DNA of 64,000 nucleotides from Eledone cirrhosa. Its lineage: Eukaryota. The stretch is from contig OZ024740.1 in NCBI GenBank assembly GCA_964016885.1, positions 22,754,001 through 22,818,000 on the forward strand, read 5' to 3'. Below, piece after piece: positions 26,722-37,719 of the stretch. The position numbers and the translations under genes were made by a program. Below the pieces are notes generated by a model. The model worked only from the letters and a program-made list of their open reading frames with translations, made no database searches and had not been told where the DNA came from. Within the stretch, counting starts at the first letter, position 1. Each line of letters opens with the position of its first letter.

Positions 26722-26855
26722 ACAAAACTAAACATAAATAATGGTTATATCGGAAGTAGCATACTAAAGAAAACATGTATTTAACCGATTTCAAAGACAC
26801 GACTCGTGGAGGAATTTATTTGAACAATAGCGGCAGCATTAGAGACAAGACCCAA

Positions 26856-29800
26856 GGCTGTGTGGCTGTGTGGCGGTGTGGTTGTGTGGGTGTGTGGGTG
26901 TGTGGCGGTGTGGTTGTGTGGGTGTGTGGCGGTGTGGTGGTGTGGCTGTGTGGTGGTGTGGCGGTGTGGTTGTGTGGTTGTGTGGCGGTGTGGTTGTGTG
27001 GGTGTGTGGCGGTGTGGTTGTGTGGTTGTGTGGCGGTGTGGTTGTGTGGGTGTGTGGCGGTGTGGTTGTGTGGTTGTGTGGGTGTGTGGTTGTGTGGTTG
27101 TGTGGCTGTGTGGCGGTGTAGTTGTGTGGCTGTGTGGTTGTGTGGTCGTGTGGGTGTGTGGTTGTGTGGCTGTGTGGTGGTGTGGTTGTGTGGCTGTGTG
27201 GTTGTGTGTCTGCGTGGTGGTGTGGTTGTGTGGCTGTGTGGTCGTGTGGGTGTGTGGTTGTGTGGCTGTGTGGTGGTGTGGTTGTGTGGTTGTGTGGCTG
27301 TGTGGTGGTGTGGTTGTGTGGCTGTGTGGCGGTGTGGTGGTGTGGTTGTGTGGTTGTGTGGTTGCGTGACTGTGTGGTGGTGTGGTTGTGTGGCTGTGTG
27401 GTGGTGTGGTTGTGTGGCTGTGTGGTTGTGTGGTTGCGTGACTGTGTGGTGGTGTGGTTGTGTGGTGGTGTGGTGGTGTGGTTGTGTGACTGGGTGGTGG
27501 TGTGGCTGTGTGGTTGTGTGGTTGTGTGGTTGCGTGACTGTGTGGTTGTGTGGTTGTGTGACTGTGTGGTTGTGTGGCGGTGTGGTTGTGTGGCTGTGTG
27601 GTTGTGTGGCGGTGTGGTGGTGTGGTTGTGTGGCGGTGTGGTGGTGTGGTGGTGTGGTTGTGTGGCTGTGTAGTGTTGTGGTGGTGTGGCTGTGTGGTTG
27701 TGTGGCTGTGTGGTTGTGTGGCTGTGTGGTTGTGTGGCTGTGTGGTTGTGTGGTTGTGTGGTTGTGTGGTGGTGTGGTTGTGTGGTTGTGTGGCTGTGTG
27801 GCTGTGTGGCTGTGTGATGGTGTGGCTGCGTGGCTGTGTGGCGGTGTGGTTGTGTGGTGGTGTGGTTGTGTGGTTGTGTGGTTGTGTGGTGGTGTGGTGG
27901 TGTGGTTGTGTGGCTGTGTGGTTGTGTGGCTGTGTGGTGGTGTGGTTGTGTGGTGGTGTGGTGGTGTGGTTGTGTGGCTGTGTGGTTGTGTGGTTGTGTG
28001 ACTGTGTGGTTGTGTGGCTGTGTGGCTGTGTGGCTGTGTGGCTGTGTGGTGGTGTGGCTGCGTGGCTGTGTGGCGGTGTGGTTGTGTGGTGGTGTGGTGG
28101 TGTGGCTGTGTGGCTGTGTGGTGGTGTGGCTGCGTGGCTGTGTGGCTGTGTGGCTGTGTGGTTGTGTGGCTGTGTGGTGGTGTGGTGGTGTGGTTGTGTG
28201 GTTGTGTGGCTGTGTGGCTGTGTGGCTGTGTGGTTGTGTGGCTGTGTGGTGGTGTGGTGGTGTGGTTGTGTGGTTGTGTGGTTGTGTGGCTGTGTGGCTG
28301 TGTGGCTATGTGGTGGTGTGGCTGCGTGGCTGTGTGGCGGTGTGGCTGTGTGGTGGTGTGGCTGAGTGGCTGTGTGGCTGTGTGGCTGTGTGGTTGTGTG
28401 GCTGTGTGTGGGTGTGGTTGTGTGGTGGTGTGGTTGTGTGGTTGTGTGGTTGGGTGGCTGTGTGGTTGTGTGGCTGTGTGGCGGTGTGGTTGTGTGGTGG
28501 TGTGGTTGTGTGGTGGTGTGGTTGTGTTGCTGTGTGGTTGTGTGGCTGTGTGGTGGTGTGGTTGTGTGGTGGTGTGGTGGTGTGGTTGTGTGGCTGTGTG
28601 GTTGTGTAGCTGTGTGGTTGTGTGGTTGTGTGGCTGTGTGGCTGTGTGGTTATGTGGTTTTGTGGCTGTGTTGTGGTGTGGTTGTGTGTTGGTGTGGTGG
28701 TCTGGTGGTGTGGCTGTGTGGCTGTGTGGCGGTGTGGTTGTGTGGTGGTGTGGTTGTGTGGTGGTGTGGTTGTGTGGGTGTGTGGTGGTGTGGTTGTGTG
28801 GTGGTGTGGTCGTGTGGTTGTGTGGCTGTGTGGCTGTGTGGCTGTGGTGTGGCTTGTGTGGCTGGTGGTTGGCGGTGTGGTTGTGTGCTGTGTGGTTGTG
28901 TGGCTGTGTGGTTGTGTGGTGTGTGGTTGTGTGGTGTTGTGGTTGTGTGGTTGTGTGGTTGTGTGGCTGTGTGGTTGTGTGGTTGTGTGGTTGTGTGGTG
29001 GTGTGGTTGTGTGGTTGGTGTGGCTGGCTGTGGTGCTGTGGTGTGGTTGTGTGTGGCTGGTGGTGGCTGTGGTGCGTGTGTGTTGTGTGGGTGTGTGGTT
29101 GTGTGGTTGTGGTGGTGTGTGGTTGTGTGGTGTGTGGTGTGTGTGGCTTGTGTGTGTGTGTGTGTGTGGTGGTGTGTGGTTGTGTGGCTGTGTGGTGTGT
29201 GGCTGTGTGGCTGTGTGTGGTGAGGTGCGTGGCTGTGTGGCTGTGTGGCTGTGTGCGTGGGTGGTGGCTGTGTGCTGTGTGGCTGTGTGCGTTGTGTGGT
29301 GCGTGGTGGTGTGTGGCGGCTGTGTGGCTGTGTGGTGTGTGGCTGGTGTGGCTGTGTGGCTGTGTGGCTGTGTGGTTGTGTGGCTGGTGTTGGTGGTGTG
29401 GTTGTGTGGTTGTGTGGCTGTGTGGGTGGCTGTGTGGTTGTGTGGCTGTGTGGTGGTGTGGTGGTGTGGTTGTGTGGTTGTGTGGTTGTGTGGCTGTGTG
29501 GCTGTGTGGCTATGTGGTGGTGTGGCTGCGTGGCTGTGTGGCGGTGTGGCTGTGTGGTGGTGTGGCTGCGTGGCTGTGTGGCTGTGTGGCTGTGTGGTTG
29601 TGTGGCTGTGTGGTGGTGTGGTTGTGTGGTGGTGTGGTTGTGTGGTTGTGTGGTTGGGTGGCTGTGTGGTTGTGTGGCTGTGTGGCGGTGTGGTTGTGTG
29701 GTGGTGTGGTTGTGTGGTGGTGTGGTTGTGTTGCTGTGTGGTTGTGTGGCTGTGTGGTGGTGTGGTTGTGTGGTGGTGTGGTGGTGTGGTTGTGTGGCTG

Positions 29801-32800
29801 TGTGGTTGTGTAGCTGTGTGGTTGTGTGGTTGTGTGGCTGTGTGGCTGTGTGGTTATGTGGTTTTGTGGCTGTGTTGTGGTGTGGTTGTGTGTTGGTGTG
29901 GTGGTCTGGTGGTGTGGCTGTGTGGCTGTGTGGCGGTGTGGTTGTGTGGTGGTGTGGTTGTGTGGTGGTGTGGTTGTGTGGGTGTGTGGTGGTGTGGTTG
30001 TGTGGTGGTGTGGTCGTGTGGTTGTGTGGCTGTGTGGCTGTGTGGCTGTGTGGTTTAGTGGTTGTGTGGCTGTGTGGTGGTGTGGCGGTGTGGTTGTGTG
30101 GTGGTGTGGTTGTGTGGTGGTGTGGTGGTGTGGTTGTGTGGCTGTGTGGTGGTGTGGCTGTGTGGCTGTGTGGCTGTGTGGCTGTGTGGTTGTGTGGCTG
30201 TGTGGCTGTGTGGTGGTGTGGCGGTGTGGTTGTGTGGTGGTGTGGTTGTGTGGTGGTGTGGCTGTGTGGTGGTGTGGCGGTGTGGTTGTGTGGTGGTGTG
30301 GTTGTGTGGTGGTGTGGCGGTGTGGTTGTGTGGTGGTGTGGTTGTGTGGTGGTGTGGTTGTGTGGTGGTGTGGTGGTGTGGTGGTGTGGCTGTGTGGCTG
30401 TGTGGCTGTGTGGTTGTGTGGTGGTGTGGTTGTGTGGTGGTGTGGTGGTGTGGTTGTGTGGCTGTGTGGTTGTGTGGCTGTGTGGCTGTGTGGCTGTGTG
30501 GCTGTGTGGTGGTGTGGCTGCGTGGCTGTGTGGCGGTGTGGCTGTGTGGTTGTGTGGTTGTGTGGCTGTATGGTGGTGTGGCGGTGTGGTTGTGTGGCTG
30601 TGTGGTTGTGTGGCTGTGTGGTTGTGTGGCTGTGTGGTGGTGTGGCGGTGTGGTTGTGTGGTGGTGTGGTTGTGTGGTGGTGTGGTGGTGTGGTGGTGTG
30701 GCTGTGTGGCTGTGTGGCTGTGTGGTTGTGTGGTTGTGTGGCTGTATGGTGGTGTGGCGGTGTGGTTGTGTGGTGGTGTGGTGGTGTGGTGGTGTGTGTG
30801 TGTGGCTGTATGGTGGTGTGGCGGTGTGGTTGTGTGGCTGTGTGGTTGTGTGGCTGTGTGGCTGTGTGGCTGTGTGGCTGTGTGGTGGTGTGGCGGTGTG
30901 GTTGTGTGGTGGTGTGGCTGTGTGGTTGTGTGGTTGTGTGGCTGTATGGTGGTGTGGCGGTGTGGTTGTGTGGCTGTGTGGTTGTGTGGCTGTGTGGCTG
31001 TGTGGCTGTGTGGTGGTGTGGCGGTGTGGTTGTGTGGTGGTGTGGTTGTGTGGTGGTGTGGTTGTGTGGTGGTGTGGTTGTGTGGTGGTGTGGTTGTGTG
31101 GTGGTGTGGCTGTGTGGCTGTGTGGCTGTGTGGTTGTGTGGTTGTGTGGCTGTGTGGTGGTGTGGCGGTGTGGTTGTGTGGTGGTGTGGTTGTGTGGTTG
31201 TGTGGCTGTGTGGTGGTGTGGCGGTGTGGTTGTGTGGTGGTGTGGTTGTGTTGTGGTGTGGTGGTGTGGTTGTGTGGCTGTGTGGTTGTGTGGCTGTGTG
31301 GCTGTGTGGCTGTGTGGTTGTGTGGCTATGTGGTGGTGTGGCGGTGTGGTTGTGTGGTGGTGTGGTTGTGTGGTGGTGTGGTGGTGTGGTGGTGTGGCTG
31401 TGTGGCTGTGTGGCTGTGTGGTTGTGTGGTTGTGTGGCTGTGTGGTGGTGTGGAGGTGTGGTTGTGTGGTGGTGTGGTTGTGTGGTGGTGTGGTGGTGTG
31501 GTGGTGTAGTTGTGTGGCTGTGTGGTTGTGTGGCTGTGTGGCTGTGTGGCTGTGTGGTTGTGTGGCTGTGTGGTGGTGTGGCGGTGTGGTTGTGTGGTGG
31601 TGTGGTTGTGTGGTGGTGTGGTGGTGTGGTGGTGTGGCTGTGTGGCTGTGTGGCTGTGTGGTTGTGTGGTTGTGTGGCTGTATGGTGGTGTGGCGGTGTG
31701 GTTGTGTGGTGGTGTGGTGGTGTGGTTGTGTGGCTGTGTGGTTGTGTGGCTGTGTGGTGGTGTGGCGCTGTGGTTGTGTGGTGGTGTGGTTGTGTGGTGG
31801 TGTGTGTGTGTGGGTGTGTGGCTGTGTGGCTGTGTGGCTGTGTGGTGGTGTGGTTGTGTGGTGGTGTGGTGGTGTGGTTGTGTGGCTGTGTGGTTTTGTG
31901 GCTGTGTGGCTGTGTGGCTGTGTGGCTGTGTGGTGGTGTGGCGGTGTGGTTGTGTGGTGGTGTGGTTGTGTGGTGGTGTGGTTGTGTGGTGGTGTGGTTG
32001 TGTGGTGGTGTGGCTGTGTGGCTGTGTGGCTGTGTGGTTGTGTGGTTGTGTGGCTGTGTGGTGGTGTGGCGGTGTGGTTGTGTGGTGGTGTGGTTGTGTG
32101 GTTGTGTGGTTGTGTGGTTGTGTGGTTGTGTGGCGGTGTGGTTGTGTGGTGGTGTGGCTGTGTGGTGGTGTGGCTGTGTGGCTGTGTGGCTGTGTGGTTG
32201 TGTGGTTGTGTGGCTGTGTGGTGGTGTGGCGGTGTGGTTGTGTGGTTGTGTGGTGGTGTGGTTGTGTGGTGGTGTGGTGGTGTGGTTGTGTGGTGGTGTG
32301 GTGGTGTGGTTGTGTGGCTGTGTGGCTGTGTGGTGGTGTGGCGGTGTGGTTGTGTGTTTGTGTGGCTGTATGGTGGTGTGGCGGTGTGGTTGTGTGGCTG
32401 TGTGGTTGTGTGGCTGTGTGGCTGTGTGGCTGTGTGGTGGTGTGGCGGTGTGGTTGTGTGGTGGTGTGGTTGTGTGGTTGTGTGGTTGTGTGGCTGTGTG
32501 GTGGTGTGGCGGTGTGGTTGTGTGGTGGTGTGGTTGTGTGGTGGTGTGGTGGTGTGTTTGTGTGGCTGTGTGGCTGTGTGGCTGTGTGGCTGTGTGGCTG
32601 TGTGGTGGTGTGGCGGTGTGGTTGTGTGGTGGTGTGGCTGTGTGGCTGTGTGGCTGTGTGGTTGTGTGGTTGTGTGGCTGTGTGGTGGTGTGGCGGTGTG
32701 GTTGTGTGGTGGTGTGGTGGTGTGGCGGTGTGGTGGTGTGGCTGTGTGGCTGTGTGGCTGTGTGGTTGTGTGGTTGTGTGGCTGTGTGGTGGTGTGGCGG

Positions 32801-34036
32801 TGTGGTTGTGTGGTGGTGTGGTTGTGTGGTGGTGTGGTGGTGTGTTTGTGTGGCTGTGTGGCTGTGTGGCTGTGTGGCTGTGTGGCTGTGTGGTGGTGTG
32901 GCGGTGTGGTTGTGTGGTGGTGTGGTTGTGTGGTGGTGTGGATGTGTGGCTGTGTGGCTGTGTGGTTGTGTGGTTGTGTGGCTGTGTGGTGGTGTGGCGG
33001 TGTGGTGGTGTGGTTGTGTGGTGGTGTGGCTGTGTGGCTGTGTGGCTGTGTGGTGGTGTGGCTGCGTGGCTGTGTGGCGGTGTGGTTGTGTGGCTGTGTG
33101 GCTGTGTGGTTGTGTGGCTGTGTGGTTGTGTGGCTGTGTGGTGGTGTGGCGGTGTGGTTGTGTGGTGGTGTGGTTGTGTGGTGGTGTGTGTGTGTGGGTG
33201 TGTGGCTGTGTGGCTGTGTGGCTGTGTGGTGGTGTGGTTGTGTGGTGGTGTGGGTGTGTGGGTGTGTGGCTGTGTGGTTGTGTGGCTGTGTGGCTGTGTG
33301 GTGGTGTGGCGGTGTGGTTGTGTGGTGGTGTGGTTGTGTGGTGGTGTGGGTGTGTGGTGGTGTGGTTGTGTGGTGGTGTGGGTGTGTGGTTGTGTGGCTG
33401 TGTGGTGGTGTGGCGGTGTGGTTGTGTGGTGGTGTGGTTGTGTGGTGGTGTGGGTGTGTGGCTGTGTGGCTGTGTGGCTGTGTGGTTGTGTGGTGGTGTG
33501 GTTGTGTGGCTGTGTGGTGGTGTGGTGGTGTGGCGGTGTGGTTGTGTGGTGGTGTGGGTGTGTGGCGGTGTGGTTGTGTGGTGGTGTGGTGGTGTGGCGG
33601 TGTGGTTGTGTGGTGGTGTGGTTGTGTGGTGGTGTGGGTGTGTGGCTGTGTGGCTGTGTGGCTGTGTGGCTGTGTGGTTGTGTGGTGGTGTGGTTGTGTG
33701 GCTGTGTGGTGGTGTGGTTGTGTGGTGGTGTGGGTGTGTAGCTGTGTGGCTGTGTGGCTGTGTGGCTGTGTGGTTGTGTGGTGGTGTGGTTGTGTGGCTG
33801 TGTGGTGGTGTGGTTGTGTGGCTGTGTGCTGGTGTGGCTGTGTGGTTGTGTGACTGTGTGGCTGTATGGCTGTGTGGCGGCGTGGTTGTGTGGTTCTGTG
33901 GCTGTGTGGATGTGTGGTAGTGTGGTTATGGGGCTGTGTGGTTGTGTGGCTTTTTGACTGTGTGGCTTTGTGACTGTGTGGCTGTGTGACTGTGTGGCTG
34001 TATGGCTGTGTGGTGGTGTGGTTGTGTGGTGGTGTG
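26856..34036. repeat. 8-bp tandem repeat GTGTGGNN (variants GTGTGGCT, GTGTGGTT, GTGTGGTG, GTGTGGCG)
   Basis: Strict 8-bp phase over ~7.2 kb except a noisy patch at ~28840-29430. Confidence 0.95.
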
Positions 34037-34089
34037 CTTTATTTAAGAATGAAGTATTTGAAACGAGTGTTCCTTTTTCTTTCTTCCTT

Positions 34090-34119
34090 TATATATACAT
34101 ATATGTACATATATGTATA

Positions 34120-34186
<67 letters not shown>
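34090..34186. repeat. (TA)n microsatellite
   Basis: TA run with an imperfect left edge. Confidence 0.95.
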
Positions 34187-34189
<3 letters not shown>

Positions 34190-34315
34190 TCAGTGGTTCA
34201 ATAGATTCGTGGTTTACTGGGGACGGGACCAAAACACCATTCTGTGCTGTGGCAGAGTATATATATTAAAATCAAAACAACGTTTCACGGTGTCTTTATA
34301 TATATATATATGTAC

Positions 34316-35121
34316 ATATTAAATTCATAGGGATATATGTATATAATTAGACATAGTCACAGATACATATATAAGCGGGGTTACCTTTCACGGTGTGTCT
34401 CAATGAAAAAATTAATTAAGCAAATAATTATTAATCAGAGCTATATATAAAATTTCAAATTTGAAGAATTATCAGATAAAATTTATCCACCTTTCCTCTT
34501 AGTCCGTAGAAATCAACTAGCAAATAATCAATTAAACGGGGCTAAGTCTAAAATAGAAGTTAGAAGAAAAAAATTCATATAAACTTTACCAAAATTCCTC
34601 TAGTCCCGACTATCGATAGTTTCGCTCGTACTTTTTGGATATGTCCAATCTTGGTATTATCCATGAGACTTAGAGCTTATCAAGAGACCCCTGAGATTTG
34701 GACTAAAATTTCTACTGTAATCGCCGCCAGAAATAAATTAAAAAATGGCTAAGAATCATCACGTGGCTACAGGTCAAAGTAGAAGGTTGTGAATGGTGGC
34801 CAGGTGGCAGGTAGTTTGGCTGCTAGAAAGAGCAGTTAGATACCGCCTAAAGTTTACTCTAGCGAACGGGAGTATATATTAAATTCATAGGGATATATGT
34901 ATATAATTAGACATAGTCATAGATACATATATAAGTGTAGTTACCTTTCACGGTGTGTCTCGATGAAAAATTTAATTAAGTAAATAATTATTAATCAGAG
35001 CTCTATATAAAATTGCAAGTTTGAAGAATTATTAGATGAAATATATCCAGTCTTTCTTCTCCCTAGTCCGTAGAAATTAACTAGATAAATAATCATTTAA
35101 ACGGAGCTAAGAGTTTAAAAT
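34316..35121 (-). mobile_element. Retrozyme/Penelope-pLTR-like element: ~240-bp diverged direct repeats (34316-34554 and 34876-35121; period 560 bp) flanking a hammerhead
   Basis: atattaaattcatagggatatatgtatataattagacatagtca...tagtccgtagaaat...ctaag occurs twice; a hammerhead lies in the spacer; TA runs on both sides. Confidence 0.65.
34603..34688 (-). ncRNA. Type I hammerhead ribozyme, U3-A8 core variant, GUC cleavage triplet
   Basis: Minus strand reads GUCUC-UUGAUAA-GCUC...GAGC-GAA-ACUAUCGAUAGU-C/GGGAC. Stems I, II and III all pair; stem III is a 12-nt palindrome. Confidence 0.8.
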
Positions 35122-35202
35122 GTAACTCTGAAGAAATAATAGACAAATGATACAGACTATTTTTCGCGAGGAATAGTCATATATATATATATATATATAT
35201 AT

Positions 35203-35472
35203 CATGACTCTCTACCACTTTTCCTCTTCTACAATCTTCTTACACCACCTTCTTCTCACCCGTCTATTTTTCACTCCCACTCTAGTACCTTCAATAAGAC
35301 CTTTTTTCCAGTTCCAACCCGCCCGTCCCCTCGATCTATCTTATTTCTCATTCTTTCTTCTGATGAAGGACTAGCATCCGAAACGTTAAGACCCTCTTCC
35401 TGCTGTATCAAGCGTTAACCTAATATATCCCTTCCATATACTGTACCGATTGTGTTATTATTTCTGTTTACC

Positions 35473-35477
<5 letters not shown>
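35203..35477 (+). mobile_element. Non-autonomous Penelope-like pLTR fragment with a minimal hammerhead
   Basis: Pyrimidine-rich leader, CTGATGA...GAAAC motif, then agcgttaacctaatatatcc, which resembles agcgtgaaactaataaacc in the inverted element at ~59 kb; bounded by (TA)n and (CA)n. Confidence 0.55.
35356..35391 (+). ncRNA. Minimal type I hammerhead ribozyme motif (Penelope-like)
   Basis: UCUU-CUGAUGA-A-GGA(CUAGCA)UCC-GAAACGUU-AAGA, with a palindromic AACGUU stem III and a short UCUU/AAGA stem I. Confidence 0.65.

Positions 35478-35547
<70 letters not shown>
35478..35547. repeat. Compound (CA)n(TA)n microsatellite
   Basis: Direct reading. Confidence 0.97.
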
Positions 35548-35552
<5 letters not shown>

Positions 35553-35591
35553 ATATTAAATAAATGGAAACTATATTTATAAAACCATATT

Positions 35592-35655
35592 TATTTTATT
35601 ATATATATTTCAAGGGTACCAAGACAACATTGGTACGCTTTCATCAGATAAAATA
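35592..35655 (-). ncRNA. Type I hammerhead ribozyme, canonical core, AUA cleavage triplet
   Basis: Minus strand reads UAUUUUAU-CUGAUGA-AAGcGUACCAA(UGUUGUC)UUGGUACcCUU-GAA-AUAUAUAU-A/AUAAAAUA: 8-bp stem I, 10-bp stem II with one mismatch, palindromic stem III. Confidence 0.8.
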
Positions 35656-35829
35656 CAATGTTTGTTTTATAAATAGAGACATACCCATGAAAATCATACC
35701 TTATCGGTTGGAAATTCACTGGATAGTGGAAATATATTAGGGATTATTCAAACTTATGTGTGAATATGCAAATGAATATGTAAATAATTGAAAAACAACC
35801 GTTTATTTAAATGACACTGGAGAAAGAGA

Positions 35830-36560
35830 GAGAAAAAAAAAAAATTATTACGAGTGAGATAGAGAGATGAAATTAACAAGAGGATAAATAAAACTCATAT
35901 AACGTTAATTTGGGGGAATATATTCTAAGTATATATCTAATAGTACGTGTATTTACGATTAATTAGTTGTTAAAATTCTGTTCTAATATAATATTTACTG
36001 TTATAAGTAGATAGAAAAATAGATAGAAGAATAGATAGAAAAATAAATAAATAAATAAATAAATAAATAAATAGATCAATAAATAGATAAATAGATAAAT
36101 AGAAAATAAATGGGTATATCGTGTTATAGATGATTGTTTTAATGAGTTATGATGGATATTGGTTTTGTATTTAATGTAAATATTTAGTTAAATTAAATTA
36201 AGTTAACTGAGTTAATAAGAATATTTATATTCATATATTTTAAAATGGGAAGATACGGAAAAAAACTCCAGTTTTGTTTATTTATTCGTTAGTATGAGAA
36301 TATTTTGTTAGAATAAGTATAAATATTAAAGATATATTTAGCCAGAATTAGTTAGTGGTTATAAATCTAATAAAAGATATTGAAAAAAAAATTAAAAATT
36401 CGGGAAAATTAAAAAAAAAAATTTATAAGAGATAAGTAATTTAAAAAAAAATAAGTAATTTAAAAAAATAGATAAAAAATTAAAGAAATAAAAAATAAAG
36501 AATTAAAAATTATTAAGATTAAAATTACAATTAAAATTAAAATTACAATTAAAAGTTATA
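35830..36560. other. Extremely AT-rich low-complexity tract including (AAAT)n and AATAGAT repeats
   Basis: Base composition; (AAAT)n at ~36041-36072. Confidence 0.8.
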
Positions 36561-36598
36561 TTTTGTGTTGTTCACTTTCTAAATATATATATATATAT

Positions 36599-36790
36599 AA
36601 CGAAGGAAATGTGGTAAGGAACCAGGTGGACCATAACGCACCAGAGTACTCAATACTTAACGTAGTAGAGTGGGTAATAGGAACATTTTCAAGACCCCAG
36701 AGCAGAGCTCAAGCCGTTTCGACGGCTATTTCTGGAAATAGCCGTCGAAACAGCTTGAGATCTGCCGTCGGGGTCTTGAACATTTTCCTA
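36599..36790 (+). mobile_element. (TA)n-associated palindromic short element, copy B
   Basis: Same head as copy A, followed by a long inverted repeat with almost no spacer; TA runs on both sides. Confidence 0.8.
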
Positions 36791-36803
36791 TATATATATA
36801 TAT

Positions 36804-36973
36804 AACGAAGGAAGTGTGGTAAGGAACCAGATGGACCATAACGCACCAAAGTACTCAATACTTAGGGTAGTAGAGTGGGTAATAGGAACGAGTAGGACCC
36901 CGACGGCTGAGCTCAAGCCGTTTCGACGGCTACTTCTGGACTATTAGTCCAGAATTAACCGTCGAAACGTTCC

Positions 36974-36975
<2 letters not shown>
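36804..36975 (+). mobile_element. (TA)n-associated palindromic short element, copy C
   Basis: Same head; the palindrome's right arm is internally deleted; TA runs on both sides. Confidence 0.8.
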
Positions 36976-37036
<61 letters not shown>

Positions 37037-37289
37037 ATCTGTCTGTGTGTTCAGACATTGGAATAAGGCCAAAGATGTCTCAGGAAGAAGCTATATATCT
37101 TTCCAACAGAAAGAAACTTTTCTTTTTTCTTCCAAATATATAACACCCAAATTTCTTTCTTTCATTCTTTCTTTCTTTTTTCTTTACTTTCTTTCTTTTT
37201 TTACTACAGTCATGAATCATTTTTCTACATCAGCGTCTCTAGTATTTATCTATCTAATTTAATATAATATAAAATAATATAATATATAT

Positions 37290-37321
37290 TTACATATATA
37301 CCTACATACATACATGCATAC

Positions 37322-37354
<33 letters not shown>

Positions 37355-37448
37355 CATACATACTTACTTACTTACATACACACATACATGCATACATACA
37401 TGCCTATATGCATACATACATATATATGACTTCACATTTATAATTATT

Positions 37449-37493
<45 letters not shown>

Positions 37494-37522
37494 GCATATA
37501 TATATACATACATACATATATA

Positions 37523-37611
<89 letters not shown>

Positions 37612-37716
37612 GTGTGTGTATGTATATAAATACATACATTCATTCGTCCATCCACCCATAATTACATTCATACATACATACATACATACATACATACATA
37701 CATACATACATACGTA
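37290..37716. repeat. Compound (TACA)n/(TA)n/(TG)n microsatellite field
   Basis: Direct reading. Confidence 0.92.
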
Positions 37717-37719
37717 CAC

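Noticed and set aside
681-34030. Very long V/G/C/W-rich and T/N/H/Q/P-rich ORFs (up to 2874 aa)
   Set aside because: Translations of GT-only repeats, open in several frames at once; some run through the N gap.
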